Assembly (NCBI GenBank): GCA_028826165.1
Contig: JAPDFW010000094.1
Location: forward strand, 200,611-264,610
From: Anaeramoeba ignava BMAN
Lineage: Eukaryota > Protista > Anaeramoebae
Direction of reading: 5' to 3'
DNA: 64,000 nt
This document shows, one piece after another, positions 38,601-52,048 of this stretch. The stretch's first letter is position 1. Every line of letters begins with the position of its first letter. The notes beneath the pieces were generated by a model. That model searched no databases and was not told the DNA's origin. It was given only the letters and a program-made list of their open reading frames with translations. The position numbers and the translations under genes are program-made.

Positions 38601-38936
38601 AATTTCATAATTAAAGTTTTGGATCAAGAAATTCATGTTCATCGAGAAATTTTAATTGCAAGATGCGGTTTATTTCAAGGAATGTTTTTGGCAGCTAGAG
38701 ATGATAAATCAAATTTTGTTAATGATTACAGTGGAAAATCTTTTCAAGCAATTTCGTTGTTTATCAAATTCTTATATTTTGATGTTTTGGATGATATCCA
38801 AAATTTAGATTTAATTGATGAATTAAATGATGCTCATGATTATTACCAATTAAATTCTAATTCAATTTTTTATTCGGAATTGGAAAAAATTAAGGATAAA
38901 ACAAATTATTATTATTATATTGATTCAAAAAAATAA
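35616..38936 (+). CDS. Ankyrin-repeat + tandem BTB protein (~579 aa), 24 exons including 13 microexons, all introns phase 0
   Basis: Main exons 35616-35705, 35857-35949, 36130-36225, 36434-36526, 36705-36800, 36969-37073, 37264-37359, 37583-37678, 37813-37899, 38021-38158, 38229-38936. Ankyrin motifs GITPLH, GETPLF, GNSVLH, SMTPLH; BTB motifs FCDLTIHC..LHKTIF and VHREILIARCGLFQGMF. Microexons are listed in findings. Confidence 0.85.
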
Positions 38937-38989
38937 TAATAATAAAATCTTTTTTTTAAATTTCATTTTTTTCATTTTTTTTTTAATAA

Positions 38990-40469
38990 ATGCTTTCAAC
39001 TCCAATAATTTTTCAAGAAATTCAAAGAAAAGTTAAATTTTCTCAATCAAAAGACAAAGAAATTAAACAACAAGGTTTTAATCCTTTTAAATTACTTCCA
39101 AATGAAAGTAAATTTATGATTTAAAAAAAAAAAAGCAAAAAAAAAACGTTTTTCCGTTTATTTTTAAAAACAAAAAACAAAAAACAAAAAAAGTTCTTCT
39201 TGAAATTTTTTCATATTTATCACCAGGAGAATTAATATTAAGTGGATTTGTAAGTAATAGATTTCAATACATTTCAGATGATTTTATTTTATGGAGAGAT
39301 TTATTAGTTCAACATTCAGAAGAACTTGATTTTTTAAAAGTGACATATGATCAATATGGATATAATTTTATCCAAAAATCAAATTTATCTCAAAAAATAG
39401 AAATGAATAATTCACAACCAGAAGAAACAAAAAAACAAAAATATGAAATTGTTATGAATGAATTTATCCCTAAAATTGGAGAAAATCCCAAAAAATGTTT
39501 TGAAAATCAATTCAAAAAATATTCAAAAGCTCTTAAAGATTATAAAAGAAGAAAAAAGATCAAAGATTTAATTCGAGGTTTTGATAATTTTTTCAGAAAT
39601 GATTTCAATTCATTTTTTCAGAAAACAACAATGATTTTTATAATCATAATTTCGATATTTTTTGCTGTTAAATTTGACCATATTTTAAATATTCCGTTTT
39701 GGATCTTAATTATTCCTATATTTTTGTGGATTTTTATTGTATTTGCTTGGGCAGTTTTCAATTTATTAACGAATTATAATTCTTTTTATGAAGTTGTTGG
39801 ATTTTCTGGAATTATTTTATGTGCTTTGGGAAATTTAAGTTATTTGTTTATGATTGCTTTAAGATTTGATGGATTTAAATCATTTCCTTTTCATTATTTG
39901 CTGATTCCGTTTCTATTTGGTTCAATTAGTTTAATTGTATTTTGGACTATTTTTCTTATTACTTATTTTAAGAGTAAAAATTTTTTCTTTTTAAAAACAA
40001 AAACAACAAAAAAAACGAAAAAATTATTTGCTTTTTTTCATTTATTTATTTAAACAAAATAGATGAAGGTTGGAGAACTTTTTATTTTAGATTCTCTTTT
40101 TTAGGTTATTTTCTTTTTCTTGCACTTGGATTTTCAATAACTCATGTTCTTCTTGTTTACAAATTTGAATACTTTTATAATTTTAAATGGTTTACAATTT
40201 TTTTACCTATTTTTTTGGTTCAATTAATTCCTTTTATTGAAAAATTCTTATTAACATTTGTATTCAATCGCGCATTTTTTGATAATTGGGAACTCAACAG
40301 ATTTAAAACTGAAAATATTTTGAAAATGATCATTAATTCGATTTTTTTTCTTTCTCAATTGATGATATTATTTAGATTTAATCAAATTTTGAATATTTAT
40401 TGGTCTTTTATTTTTTTACCTTTTTTTATTTTTGGAATAAGTTCAATTATTTTTTTCTGGAATATTTAA
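38990..40469 (+). CDS. F-box + TMEM185/FAM11-like multi-pass membrane protein (second member), 3 exons
   Basis: Exons 38990-39107, 39194-39973, 40063-40469. F-box FKLLPNEILLEIFSYL...VSNRFQYISDDFILWR; repeats AVKFD..W..IIP, ALRFD..IP, VYKFE..W..IFLP, FRFN..WSFIFLP. Confidence 0.75.
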
Positions 40470-40499
40470 AAAGAAATTGAATTAAATTATAATAAAAAA

Positions 40500-42400
40500 A
40501 TTAAATAAATTTTTAAAAAGAAATTGAATTAAATTTTAATAAAAAAATTAATTAAATATTTATTCTATTTTATATTAAATTTTATAATAAATTTAAATTA
40601 TATTTATTAAATAAATTTATTTATAAAATTAATTTAAAATTAATTATTTATTTAAAATTAATTAAAATTGATTAAAATTTTAATAAAAAAATTAATTAAA
40701 TATTTATTCTATTTTATATTAAATTTTATAATAGATTTAAATTATATTTATTAAATAAATTTATTTATAAAATTAATTTAAAAATAATTATTTATTTAAA
40801 AATTAATTAAAATTGATTTGGATTATAATAAAAAAATTAATTAAATATTTATTCTATTTTATATTAAATTTTATAATAGATTTAAATTATATTTATTTAA
40901 TAAATTTCTTTATAAAATTAATTTAAAATTAATTATTTATTTAAAATTAAATAAAATTGATTTAAATTATTATAAAAATTAATTAAATATTTATTCTATT
41001 TTATATTAAATTCTATAATAGATTTAAATTATATTTATTAAATGAATTTATTTATAAAATTAATTTAAAAATAATTATTTATTTAAAATTGATTAAAATA
41101 GATTTAATTTATTATAAAAAAATTAATTAAATATTTATTCTATTTTATATTAAATTTTATAATAGATTTAAATTATATTTATTAAATAAATTTATTTATA
41201 AAATTAATTTAAAAATAATTATTTATTTAAAATTGAATAAAATTGATTTAAATTATAATAAAAAAATTAATTAAATATTTATTCTATTTTATATTAAATT
41301 TTATAATAGATTTAAATTATATTTATTAAATAAATTTATTTATAAAATTAATTTAAAAATAATTATTTATTTAAAATTGAATAAAATTGATTTAAATTAT
41401 AATAAAAATTAATTAAATATTTATTCTATTTTATATTAAATTTTATAATAGATTTAAATTATATTTATTTAATAAATTTATTTATAAAATTAATTTAAAA
41501 TTAATTATTTATTTAAAATTGATTAAAATTGAATTAAATTATAATAAAAAAATTAATTAAATATTTATTCTATTTTATATTAAATTTTATAATAGATTTA
41601 AATTATATTTATTAAATAAATTTATTTATAAAATTAATTTAAAAATAATTATTTATTTAAAATTAAATAAAATTGATTTAAATTATGATAAAAATTTAAT
41701 TAAATATTTATTATATTTTATATTAAATTTTATAATAGATTTAAATTATATTTATTAAATAAATTTATTTATAAAATTAATTTAAAAATAATTATTTATT
41801 TAAAATTGAATAAAATTGATTTAAATTATAATAAAAATTAATTAAATATTTATTCTATTTTATATTAAATTTTATAATAGATTTAAATTATATTTATTAA
41901 ATAAATTTATTTATAAAATTAATTTAAAAATAATTATTTATTTAAAATTGATTAAAATTGATTTAAATTATAATAAAAATTAATTAAATATTTATTCTAT
42001 TTTATATTAAATTTTAGAATAGATTTAAATTATATTTATTTAATAAATTTATTTATAAAATTAATTTAAAATTAATTATTTATTTAAAATTGATTAAAAT
42101 TGATTTAATTTATTATAAAAAAATTAATTAAATATTTATTCTATTTTATATTAAATTTTATAATAGATTTAAATTATATTTATTTAATAAATTTATTTAT
42201 AAAATTAATTTAAAAATAATTATTTATTTAAAATTGATTAAAATTGATTTAAATTATAATAAAAAAATTAATTAAATATTTATTCTATTTTATATTAAAT
42301 TTTATAATAGATTTAAATTATATTTATTAAATGAATTTATTTATAAAATTAATTTAAAAATAATTATTTATTTAAAATTAATTAAAATTGATTTGGATTT
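40500..42400. repeat. Intergenic minisatellite, ~143-145-bp unit, ~13 copies
   Basis: The anchor TATTCTATTTT recurs at about 40565, 40709, 40854, 40996 and on to 42285. Confidence 0.9.
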
Positions 42401-42598
42401 AAATAAAAATTGAAAAAAGAAATTAAAAAAAAGAAGAAGATTAGTAATTATTATAAAAAATGATTTGTTCTCAGTTTTATTTTTTTTTTCATTTTTTCAT
42501 TTTTTCATTTTTTTCATTTTCCTTTTCTTTTTTTTCCTTTATTCCAAAACAAAATTTAAAACCACAATTTAAAAAAACAATTTTAAAAACAATTAGAA

Positions 42599-44070
42599 AT
42601 GGATCCAACAAAAAAAACATTGTAAAAAAAATAATAGAAAAAAAAAGAAAATTGAATTAAAAAATTGAATTAAAAAATTGAATTAAAAATTTTTTCAAAA
42701 GACAACCTTATGTTACAGGTTCTTCAGTTCTTGCAATTAAATATAATGAAGGAATTATTGTTGCTGCAGATACTCTAGGTATTTATAATCAATTTAAAAT
42801 TAAAATAAATTTATAATCTAATAAAAATTTAATTAAAAATTAAAAATTAAAAATTAAAAATTAAAAATTTGATTAAAACTGGAATAAATTTATTAAAGGT
42901 TCATATGGATCTTTGGCGAGATTTACTGATTTACAAAGAATGAGTAAAGTTACAAATCATACTTTGATTGGAGGATCTGGAGATATATCTGATTTACAAC
43001 AAATTCAAAAAACAGTTGAATCTTTAATGTAAAAAAATTTTAAATGGAATTTAATTTCAAATTATATATTTAAAAATGAATTTAAATCCAAATTATTTTA
43101 AAATTGAATTTAAATCCGAATTATATATTTAAAATTGAATTTAATTTCAAAATATATATTTAAAATTCAATTTAAATTCAAAATATATATTTAAAATGAA
43201 TTTAAATCCAAATTATAATTTAAAATTCAATTTAAATTCAAAATATATATTTAAAATGGAAATATATTTAGTCTTGAAAATACTGGTTTTAAAAAAGATG
43301 AAGAACCACTTACTCCAAAAGAAATTCAACAATATATTTCAAGAGTTATGTATAATCGAAGAAGTAGATTTGATCCTTTATGGAATCATATTATTGTTGC
43401 AGGATATCAAAATAATGAAAGGTAAAATTTAAAATTAAAATTAAAATTAAAATTTAAAATTAAAATTAAAATTAAATTTAATATTAAAATTAAAATCAAA
43501 ATTCATTTATAAAATTAAAATTAAAATTAAAATTAAAATTAAAATTAAAATTAAAATTAAAACTAAAATTTAAATTTAAAATTAAAATTTAAAATTAAAA
43601 TTAAAATTAAAATTAAAATTAAAATTTAAAATCTAAAGTTTTCTTGGAGCTGTTGATATTTTTGGTACTTTTTATGAAGATAATACAATTGCTTCAGGAT
43701 TTGGTGCTTATTTTGCACAACCATTATTAAGAAAAGGATACAAAGAAGATTTAACAAAAGATGAAGCAATTGATTTAATTAAAACTTGTTTGAAAGTATT
43801 ATTTTATCGAGATGCAAGAACAATTAATAAAGTAAACAACAATTTATTAAAATATAATTTATTAAAATATAATTTATTAAAATATAGTTTATTAAAATAT
43901 AATTTATTAAAATTTAATTTATTAAAATATAATTTATTAAAATTTAATTTATTAAAATTTAATTATAGTTTCAAATTGCTGAAGTTTCTGAAGGTGGAAT
44001 TACAATTTCCGATCCTTTTGAATTAGAAACTCATTGGGAAATTGCAGATTGGCAAGAAGGTCATCTTTAA
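42599..44070 (+). CDS. PSMB4: 20S proteasome subunit beta type-4 (beta7/Pre4), 6 exons
   Basis: [91 protein letters not shown]. Confidence 0.93.
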
Positions 44071-44224
44071 ATTTGATTTCATTTCCTTTCTCTCAAAATT
44101 TTTTTTCAATTTCCTTTTTTTTTTTTCATCTGAATTTTTGATTTCTTTCTAAAATTCAAAATTAAAAATTCAATAAAAAAATCAATCAAAATAAAATATT
44201 TGTTTTTTTGTTGTTTTTTTATTT

Positions 44225-45017
44225 TTATTTTGAAATAATTTGTTTTTGATTTTTTTGATGTTTTAAATTTGTTCCACTTTCTAATTCAAATTCCACTTTT
44301 TTTTCTTTTTTTTCTTTTTTTTCTTTTTGATTTTCAATTTGATTTTCATTTTCATTTTCATTTTCATTTTCTTTTTCATTTTCATTTTTAATTTTAATTT
44401 CATTTCCATTTTCTTTTTCAATTTCATTTTCATTTTCATTTTCATTTTCATTTTCATTTTCTTTTTGATTTTCATTTTCATTTTCATTTTCATTTTGGAA
44501 TTGATTTTGATTTTGATTTTGATTTTCTTTTTGAATTTTTTGATGTTTTAAATTTGTTCCACTTTCTAATTCAAATTCCACTTTTTTTTCTTTTTTTTCT
44601 TTTTTTTCTTTTTTTTCTTTTTTCAGTTTCTTTTTTGGTTTTTTTTCCTTGTGCTTTTTATTAGAATTTTTATGTTTTTTAGTTTCTTTTTTTTCAATTA
44701 AAGGTCTTAAAATTCTTCTCTAAAAAATAATCAAAATTAAAATCAAAATAAAAATCAAAATAAAAGTCAAAATAAATTATTACTCTGGCATTGATAAAGA
44801 AATTATTAACTTGTGTTAATGTCAAATTTGCTTTTTCACATAATTTTACTTTTTCTTCTTTTGTTGGATAAGGATTTTCTAATGAATTATAAAGCCATTT
44901 TAATAAGATTTTTTTACTTTGTAAATTTAATTTTCCTTTTCTTTGAGTTTCTTTTTCAATTTCTTTTTCTATTTCTTTCTTTGATTTTGAAATTGATTTT
45001 GAATTTGATTTTGACAT
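44225..45017 (-). CDS. TALE-class homeodomain protein, 2 exons
   Basis: Exons 45017-44784 and 44719-44225 are in frame: LLKWLYNSLENPYPTKEEKVKLCEKANLTLTQVNNFFINAR|RRIL. The PYP insertion is diagnostic of TALE. Confidence 0.85.
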
Positions 45018-45310
45018 TAATGTTTTGAAATTGAAAAGAAAAATTGATAAATCAAAAAAAAGAAAAATTTTTTGGATTTCTTTTATTTGTAAAAAATTTA
45101 AAAAGAAAATTAAATTTTTAAAAAAGAATTTGAAATTGACAACTAAGAAAAAAAAAAATAAAAGAAAAAAATTTATAAAAATGACATTTTTTAAAAAGAG
45201 AAAAATTAATAAGATTAAAAAGTGGGAAAAAAAAATTTTAATCATTTTTAATTTTTCATTTTTTTTTTCATTTTTTTTTTCTTTATTTTCATTATTTCAT
45301 TTTTTTGGAA

Positions 45311-45806
45311 ATGTGTAATAAATTTTCAAAAAAGTGTTTTGAGAATTTTTGTTGTTATATTTTATTATTTACAACAATAGTTGCTCCAGTAATTTTTATT
45401 AAGAATTTTTAAAAAAAAAAAAAAAATTTAAATTAAAAAAATTTTAATAAAAATTTTAATTGAAAAAATAAATAAAAGTTTGGATTTATTTTATTAGTTT
45501 ATGGACATGTAAAAGAAAATATAACATTAATGATAATTGGAGGAACAATTTTTGGACTTCCATTTCTATTTTCAATTCAAATGTGTTTTTGGAAAAAAAA
45601 AACAAAGTAAAAAAAAATTATTTTTCTTTTTAGAAAAATTTTAAATTAAATTTTTAAATTAAAAAAATTTTTTATTTAAAAAAAGTGATTTTTCTTCTGC
45701 AAGTGTAAATCAAACTGTAAATGTTGATGATCATCAAACAGAAATTGGAACATCTGAACAAGTAAATATAGATGAGGATAGACCTGCTTTTGAATTATGG
45801 TTTTGA
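45311..45806 (+). CDS. Small 3-TM membrane protein, divergent third member of the 16.8/18.0-kb family; not in ORF track
   Basis: Exons 45311-45388 (78 nt, ends ..VAP), 45479-45582 (FGFILLVYG..IIGG.IFGLP) and 45686-45806. Intron phases (0, 2) are the same as in the paralogues. Confidence 0.65.
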
Positions 45807-45912
45807 TATATTTTTTTTTTGAAATTTTTTTTTGAAATTAAAAAAAGAAAATAAAATTTATTTAAAAAAATTATTTTTTCATTTTTTCATTTTTTCATTT
45901 TTTTTTTTAATA

Positions 45913-48900
45913 ATGTTTTTAAAACCAACAAATTCACCAGATACAGAACATACACTTACAAATAAAGTGTTTGTTTCTCAAGATGATTATTATCAAATTA
46001 TTTCTGATCAAAACAAGTAAAAAAAAATAATAAAAAAAAATAATAAAAATAATAAATAAAAAAAAAATAAAATTAAATTTAATTCAAAATATTTTGTTTA
46101 AATTAAAATTTATTTATAATTAAAATTTTAAAATTTCTTTTCTTTTATATTTTATAAATAATTATTGTAGAGAACCTCATCATTATGCTATGATTAATGG
46201 GCATTTTATTTACAATATTTCACCATCTCCAAAAATATCAAAAGGACAAGTTGCCTTATCAAATATTCAAAGAATGACTTGTTCTATTGGATATTCAGAC
46301 ATGGTTGAAGTAATTATTTATTTTTTTATGTTTAAAACTTATTAATTTATTTTTTATTTAATTTAATTTATTTAAAAAAAAAAGTTAAAACAATTTTTTA
46401 TTCCTGAAGAAGATTTTTATATTTCAGATTTAACTTTAGAAATGGGTTTAGCTGTTAAAAATCCTGTTGCAAAAAAAACTAAAATTGATAGTGGAAAACT
46501 TTGTGAAAAAATAATTAGAACTCTTAATAATCAAGTTTGGATTTAATTTATAAAATGAATTTAATTTATAAAATGAATTTAATTTAATTTAATTTATAAA
46601 AATTAAAATGAATTTAATTTATAAAAATGAATTTAATTTAATTTAATTTAATTTAATTTAATTTAATTTAATTTATAAAATGAATTTAATTTAATTTAAT
46701 TTAATTTAATTTAATTTAATTTAATTTAATTTAATTTAATTTATAAAATTATAGGTTTTAACTCTTAAACAAAAATTTATAATTGATTATGAAGTTCTTT
46801 TCTTAAAATGTCTTGTTAAAGATGTTAAAGTAGTTTCTCTTTCTGAAATGATGGGAGAAAGTTCAGAAATTTCAGAAATATCAGTAAAAGAAGATAGTAA
46901 GAATTAAAATTAAAATTAAAATTAAAATCAATATTAAAATTAAAATTAAAATTAAAATTAAAATTAAAATTAAAATTAATATTAAAATTAAAATTAAAAT
47001 TAAAATTAAAATTAAAATTAAAATTAAAATCAATATTAAAATTAAAATTAAAATTGAAATTAAAATTAAAATTAAAATTAAAATTAAAATTAAAATTAAA
47101 ATTAAAATTAAAATTAAAATTAAAATTGAAATTAAAATTAAATTTAAAATTAAAATTAAAATCAAAATTGAAATTAAAATTAAATTTATAGAAGATAATC
47201 CACAATTTAGAGGATTATTAACATCACAAACACAAATATTCTTTGAAAAAACTGGAGAATCAGAAATTACAATTTCAGGTCAATCAAAGTAAAAGAGAAA
47301 ATTAAAATTAAAATTAAATTCAAAATTAATTAAAAAATTATTTATAAAAATTTATTAGTCGAACAAGAACATCAATTTTTAGACCAGATTGGAATTTTGA
47401 AAGTATGGGAATTGGAGGTCTTGATAAAGAATTTAGTGATATTTTTAGAAGAGCTTTTGCTTCTCGTGTTTTTCCACCATCAGTTATTAGAAAATTAGGA
47501 GTTTCTCATGTTAGAGGTATTTTATTATGGGGTCCTCCTGGAACTGGTAAAACTTTAATGGCAAGACAAATTGGAAAAATGTTAAATGGAAAAGAACCAA
47601 AGGTTGTTTATCATTTTAGAAAAATGAATTTAATTTAATTTAATTTAATTTATGAAATGAATTTAATTTAATTTAATTTAATTTAATTTATAAAATGAAT
47701 TTAATTTAATTTAATTTAATTTAATTTAATTTAATTTAATTTAATTTAATTATTAAAATGAATTTAATTTAATTTATAAAATGAATTTAATTTAATTTAA
47801 TTCAAAAAATGAATTTAATTTAATTTATAAAATGAATTTAATTTAATTTAATTTAATTTAATTTAATTTAATTTCATTTAATTTATAAAATGAATTTAAT
47901 TTAATTTATATTTTTATATATTAATTTATAAAATGAATTAAAATGGATTTAATTTAATTTGATTTAATTTATAAAATGAATTTAATTTAATTTATATTTT
48001 TATATATTAATTTATAAAAGGTTGTAAATGGACCAGAAATCTTGAATAAATACGTTGGACAAAGTGAAGAAAACATAAGAAAACTATTCGAAGATGCAGA
48101 AAAAGAACAATTAGAAAGAGGAGATGAATCCGATTTACACATTATAATATTTGATGAAATCGATGCAATATGTCGAAAAAGAGGAACAAGAAACGATGGA
48201 ACTGGAGTAGGAGACACAGTAGTAAATCAACTATTAGCCAAAATAGATGGAGTTGATTCACTTAATAACATTTTAGTAATAGGAATGACAAACAGAAAAG
48301 ATATGATAGATGAAGCACTATTAAGACCAGGAAGATTAGAAGTGCAAATGGAAATCAACTTGCCAAACGAATACGGAAGAATCCAAATCTTCCGAATTCA
48401 CACTTCAAAAATGCAAAAAGAAAAAATGTTGGCAAAAGATGTTAATTTGGAAGAATTGGCAAAATTAACAAAGAATTTCTCAGGAGCAGAAATTGAAGGA
48501 CTTGTCAAAAGCGCAACATCTTTTGCATTAAACAGAAGAATTGATCCCGATAATTTATCCAAACCAGTTAGTCTTGAAGGGATCCAAGTAACAAGAGATG
48601 ATTTTTTAACAGCATTAAGAGAAGTAAAACCAGCATTTGGAGTTGAAGAGGATCAATTTGAACCGTGTTTAAGAAATGGAATAATAAATTATGGATCTAG
48701 ATTTGATAAATTATATGAAATTGGAATGTCGTATCTTCAACAAGTATCAGTTTCAGAAAGAACACCTTTAATTTCCGTTCTTGTAAAAGGAGCCGCAGGA
48801 ACAGGAAAAACAGCATTTGCTGCAAAATTATCAATGGATTCAAAATTTCCGTTTGTCAAAATGATTTCCGCTGATTCAATGATTGGAATGTCGGAAATCG

Positions 48901-49382
48901 GAAAATGTAATCAAATTGGAAAGGTTTTTGATGATGCTTATCGTTCTCCTTTTAGTATTATTGTGATTGATGATATTGAAAGAATTTTTGATTTTGTTCC
49001 TATTGGTCCAAGATTTTCTAACTCAGTTTTACAAACATTACTAGTAATGCTTAAGAAAATCCCGCCTGTAAATCGAAAACTACTTGTTTTTGCGACTACT
49101 TCTTCTCCTGATGTTCTTCAGGAAGTCGGTTTTGAATCTGTTTTTAGTGCTCATATTACTGTTCCTCAATTGGTTGGTTTTAATGAAATTTCTTCTGTTC
49201 TTTTGAAACTTAATGTTTTTAATGATAAAGAATTAAAAGATAATTTTTCTCGTTTGGATGATAAAACTATTGGTATTAAACAGTTGATTATGGTTATTGA
49301 AATGTATCAACAAATTAAAAAGAAAAAAGGTTCAAATTTTGATTCTTTTTTACAATGTTGGGAAGATTTTATTCTTAAATAA
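45913..49382 (+). CDS. NSF: Vesicle-fusing AAA+ ATPase NSF/Sec18, multi-exon
   Basis: [21 protein letters not shown], Walker [30 protein letters not shown]2 [16 protein letters not shown]. Last exon is 48021-49382. Confidence 0.95.
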
Positions 49383-49696
49383 TTTTAAACCAAATTTAAA
49401 AGAAAATGATAAGAAAATTAAACAAGAAATTAACAAGAAAATTAACAAGAAAATTAACAAGAAAATTAAAAAGAAAATTTAAAAGAAAATTTAAAAGAAA
49501 ATTTAAAAGGAAATTAAACTTTTTTTTTTGTTTTTAATTTTGATTTTGAATTTGATTTTGATTTTGATTTTGATTTTGATTTTGATTTTAATTTTGATTT
49601 GGATTTTGATTTTCATTTTGATTTTGATTTTGAATTTAATTTTGATTTTGATTTTGAATTTGATTTTGAATTTAATTTTGAATTTGATTTGGATTT

Positions 49697-51956
49697 TCAT
49701 TTTCGTTTTGGTTTTGGTTTTGGTTTTGGTTTTGGTTTTGGTTTTGATTTTGATTTTGATTTTGATTTTGATTTATTTTGATTTTGATTTTGATTTTGAT
49801 TTTGATTTTGATTTTGATTTTGATTTTGATTTTGATTTATATTTTGGAATTGATTTTTTGATTTTGATTTTGATTTTGATTTTGATTCATGTTTTGATTC
49901 ATGTTTTGATTCATGTTTTTTTTTTGATTTTGTTTCTGAATCTGATTTTGATTCTGATTTTGATTTTGATTTTGTTTCTGAATCTGATTTTGATTCATTT
50001 TGAATTTGATTTTGATTTTGATTTGATTTCTGTTTTGAAATTTTGTTTGGATAATTTCGTTCGTTTGGAATTCTTCGAGGTGAAATGGATTTGGTTTTTC
50101 TAGTTGTAGTTTTTTCATTTATTTTCTGAATTTCATTTCCACTTTTAGTTGAGGAATCTGAATCTGAATCTGAATCTGAATCATTTGAATCTGAATTTGA
50201 AAAAGAATAAGAAGAAATTGATTTTGATTTTTGATTGTAATTTTGTGATTGTTGATTTCCGTATTGATTTTGATTCTGATTTTGATTTTGAATTTGATTT
50301 TGAATTTGATATTGATTTTGAATTTGATTTTGAATTTGGTATTGATTTTGAAATTGATTTGAAAATTGATTTTGAATACTTTTTTGATTGTAATTTTGGT
50401 TTTGATTCAAATTTGATTGAGGTTTGAAAAATACTTCAATTTCTTCAATTTCCCATTTTGGTTTTCCTGTAAAAAAAATAGGTGCTTCTTTTGGTTCAAC
50501 TCCTTCGGGAAATTCAAAATTTTTATTAGCATATCCATAACTTCTTCCTTTTTTTGTTGATAAATCTTTAATTGAAATACATCCTCCACTTCCAAAATAA
50601 ATTGAATAATTTGGATTATGATAAATACATTTTCCATTTTGATATTGAAATTTTGAAGGTAAATAATTTTTTGGATTTTTTAATGTATAAATAAATGCAT
50701 TTGGATCTGATATATTCCATCCTCCACTTGAAAAAAATCCAATTTGAGTAAATCCTCCAAAGATAAATCCATTTTTTGATTTAATAATTACTAATGTATG
50801 ATTTTTTCCATCACATTTTTGATGAAATAATTGATTTGAAAATCCATTTCTTGTTCCTGAAAATCCAAGTTTCATTGAATTAAAAAATTCATTATTTGAA
50901 ATAAATTCTTTAATATAAATTGCATCTTTAAAATTTTGAATAATTTTTGATTCTTTCATTAAATTTGATTTTTCAATTTCTTTTCTACTTATTTCATAAA
51001 TTGGTTTCATTTCTTTCATTTCTTCATCTTTTTGTTTGAGAATTTCTTTAATTTCCACATCCTTTTGGTGAATTTCTTTATCTTTTTTTTTGAGAGATTC
51101 TTGAATTTCTTTATCTTTTTGTCCAGAAATTAAATGAGAAAAGATTTCTTTTGGAATAAATTCAATTTTAGATTGAAATTGTTTAATTTGATCTGGTCCT
51201 AATTTAAAAGAAAGAATATTGATTTTATCAAGAAATGATTGCATTATTCTTTTTTTTTCTTTTGATAAATTCATTTGTTGTTTTTGTTTTTGTTTATAAT
51301 TTTGTTTTTTCTTTGTTCTAAATTTTTTTTTCTTTTTAAATTGATTTAAAATCCATTTTTCTAAATTATCAAATAATGGAATAAAATCAATTTGTATTTT
51401 TGTTTTTTGAGTAATTTCAATAATTTTGAAAATTGATTCTTTTTTTAATTCTTTAAATTTTGGATTATTTAAAATAATATGGAAATTATTCTGAATAAAT
51501 TGATTACATTGTTGATTTAAATTAATTGATAAATTTTGATTTTCAAAAAATTGGAAAAAATATTGTTGATTGAAATTTTTAATAATAATTTCGTTTTCAA
51601 TAAAATTTTGAAGTGATTGTAATTGAAATTTAATTGAAATTAACCAAATTGAAAATAAGTTAGATTGATTTAATTGAATATTTCCTGTATAAATGTATTG
51701 AATAATTTGATTCATATCTTCTTCACTAATTTCTGTAAAAGTAATTTCATTAATTTGATTTTCTTTTAAATAAAGTGAAAAAAAAGGAGATTGACAACTT
51801 AATATTGATTTATGACAATAAAATTCTTTTAAATTATAACCAATTTTAATTGTAATATCTGAATAATTTTGATTTGATTTTAATAAATTTTGATAATTTT
51901 GAATTAAATTTTGATTAAATTCTGTTTGAAATTGTTGATTAATTGTAATTAAATTA

Positions 51957-51987
<31 letters not shown>

Positions 51988-52048
51988 TATTGATTTGATT
52001 GTTTTCTTTGTTATCGTTATTGTTAATATTGTTATTCTTATTTTCCAT
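49697..52048 (-). CDS. BTB(-BACK)-TLDc domain protein with low-complexity tail
   Basis: BTB YSDITIKIG..FYCHKSILSCQSPFF; TLDc GTRNGFS...FHQKCDGKNHTLVIIKSKNGFIFGGF...EIEEIEVF. Start placed at MENKNNN. Confidence 0.85.

Noticed and set aside
40500-42400. Regular long repeats as a CRISPR array
   Set aside because: Head-to-tail units with no unique spacers, no cas genes, and a eukaryotic context.
45913-49382. Intein in NSF or other conserved genes (considered because Anaeramoeba is known to be intein-rich)
   Set aside because: NSF, eIF2A, PSMB4 and the kinase are collinear with normal homologues; no C...HN insertion is seen.
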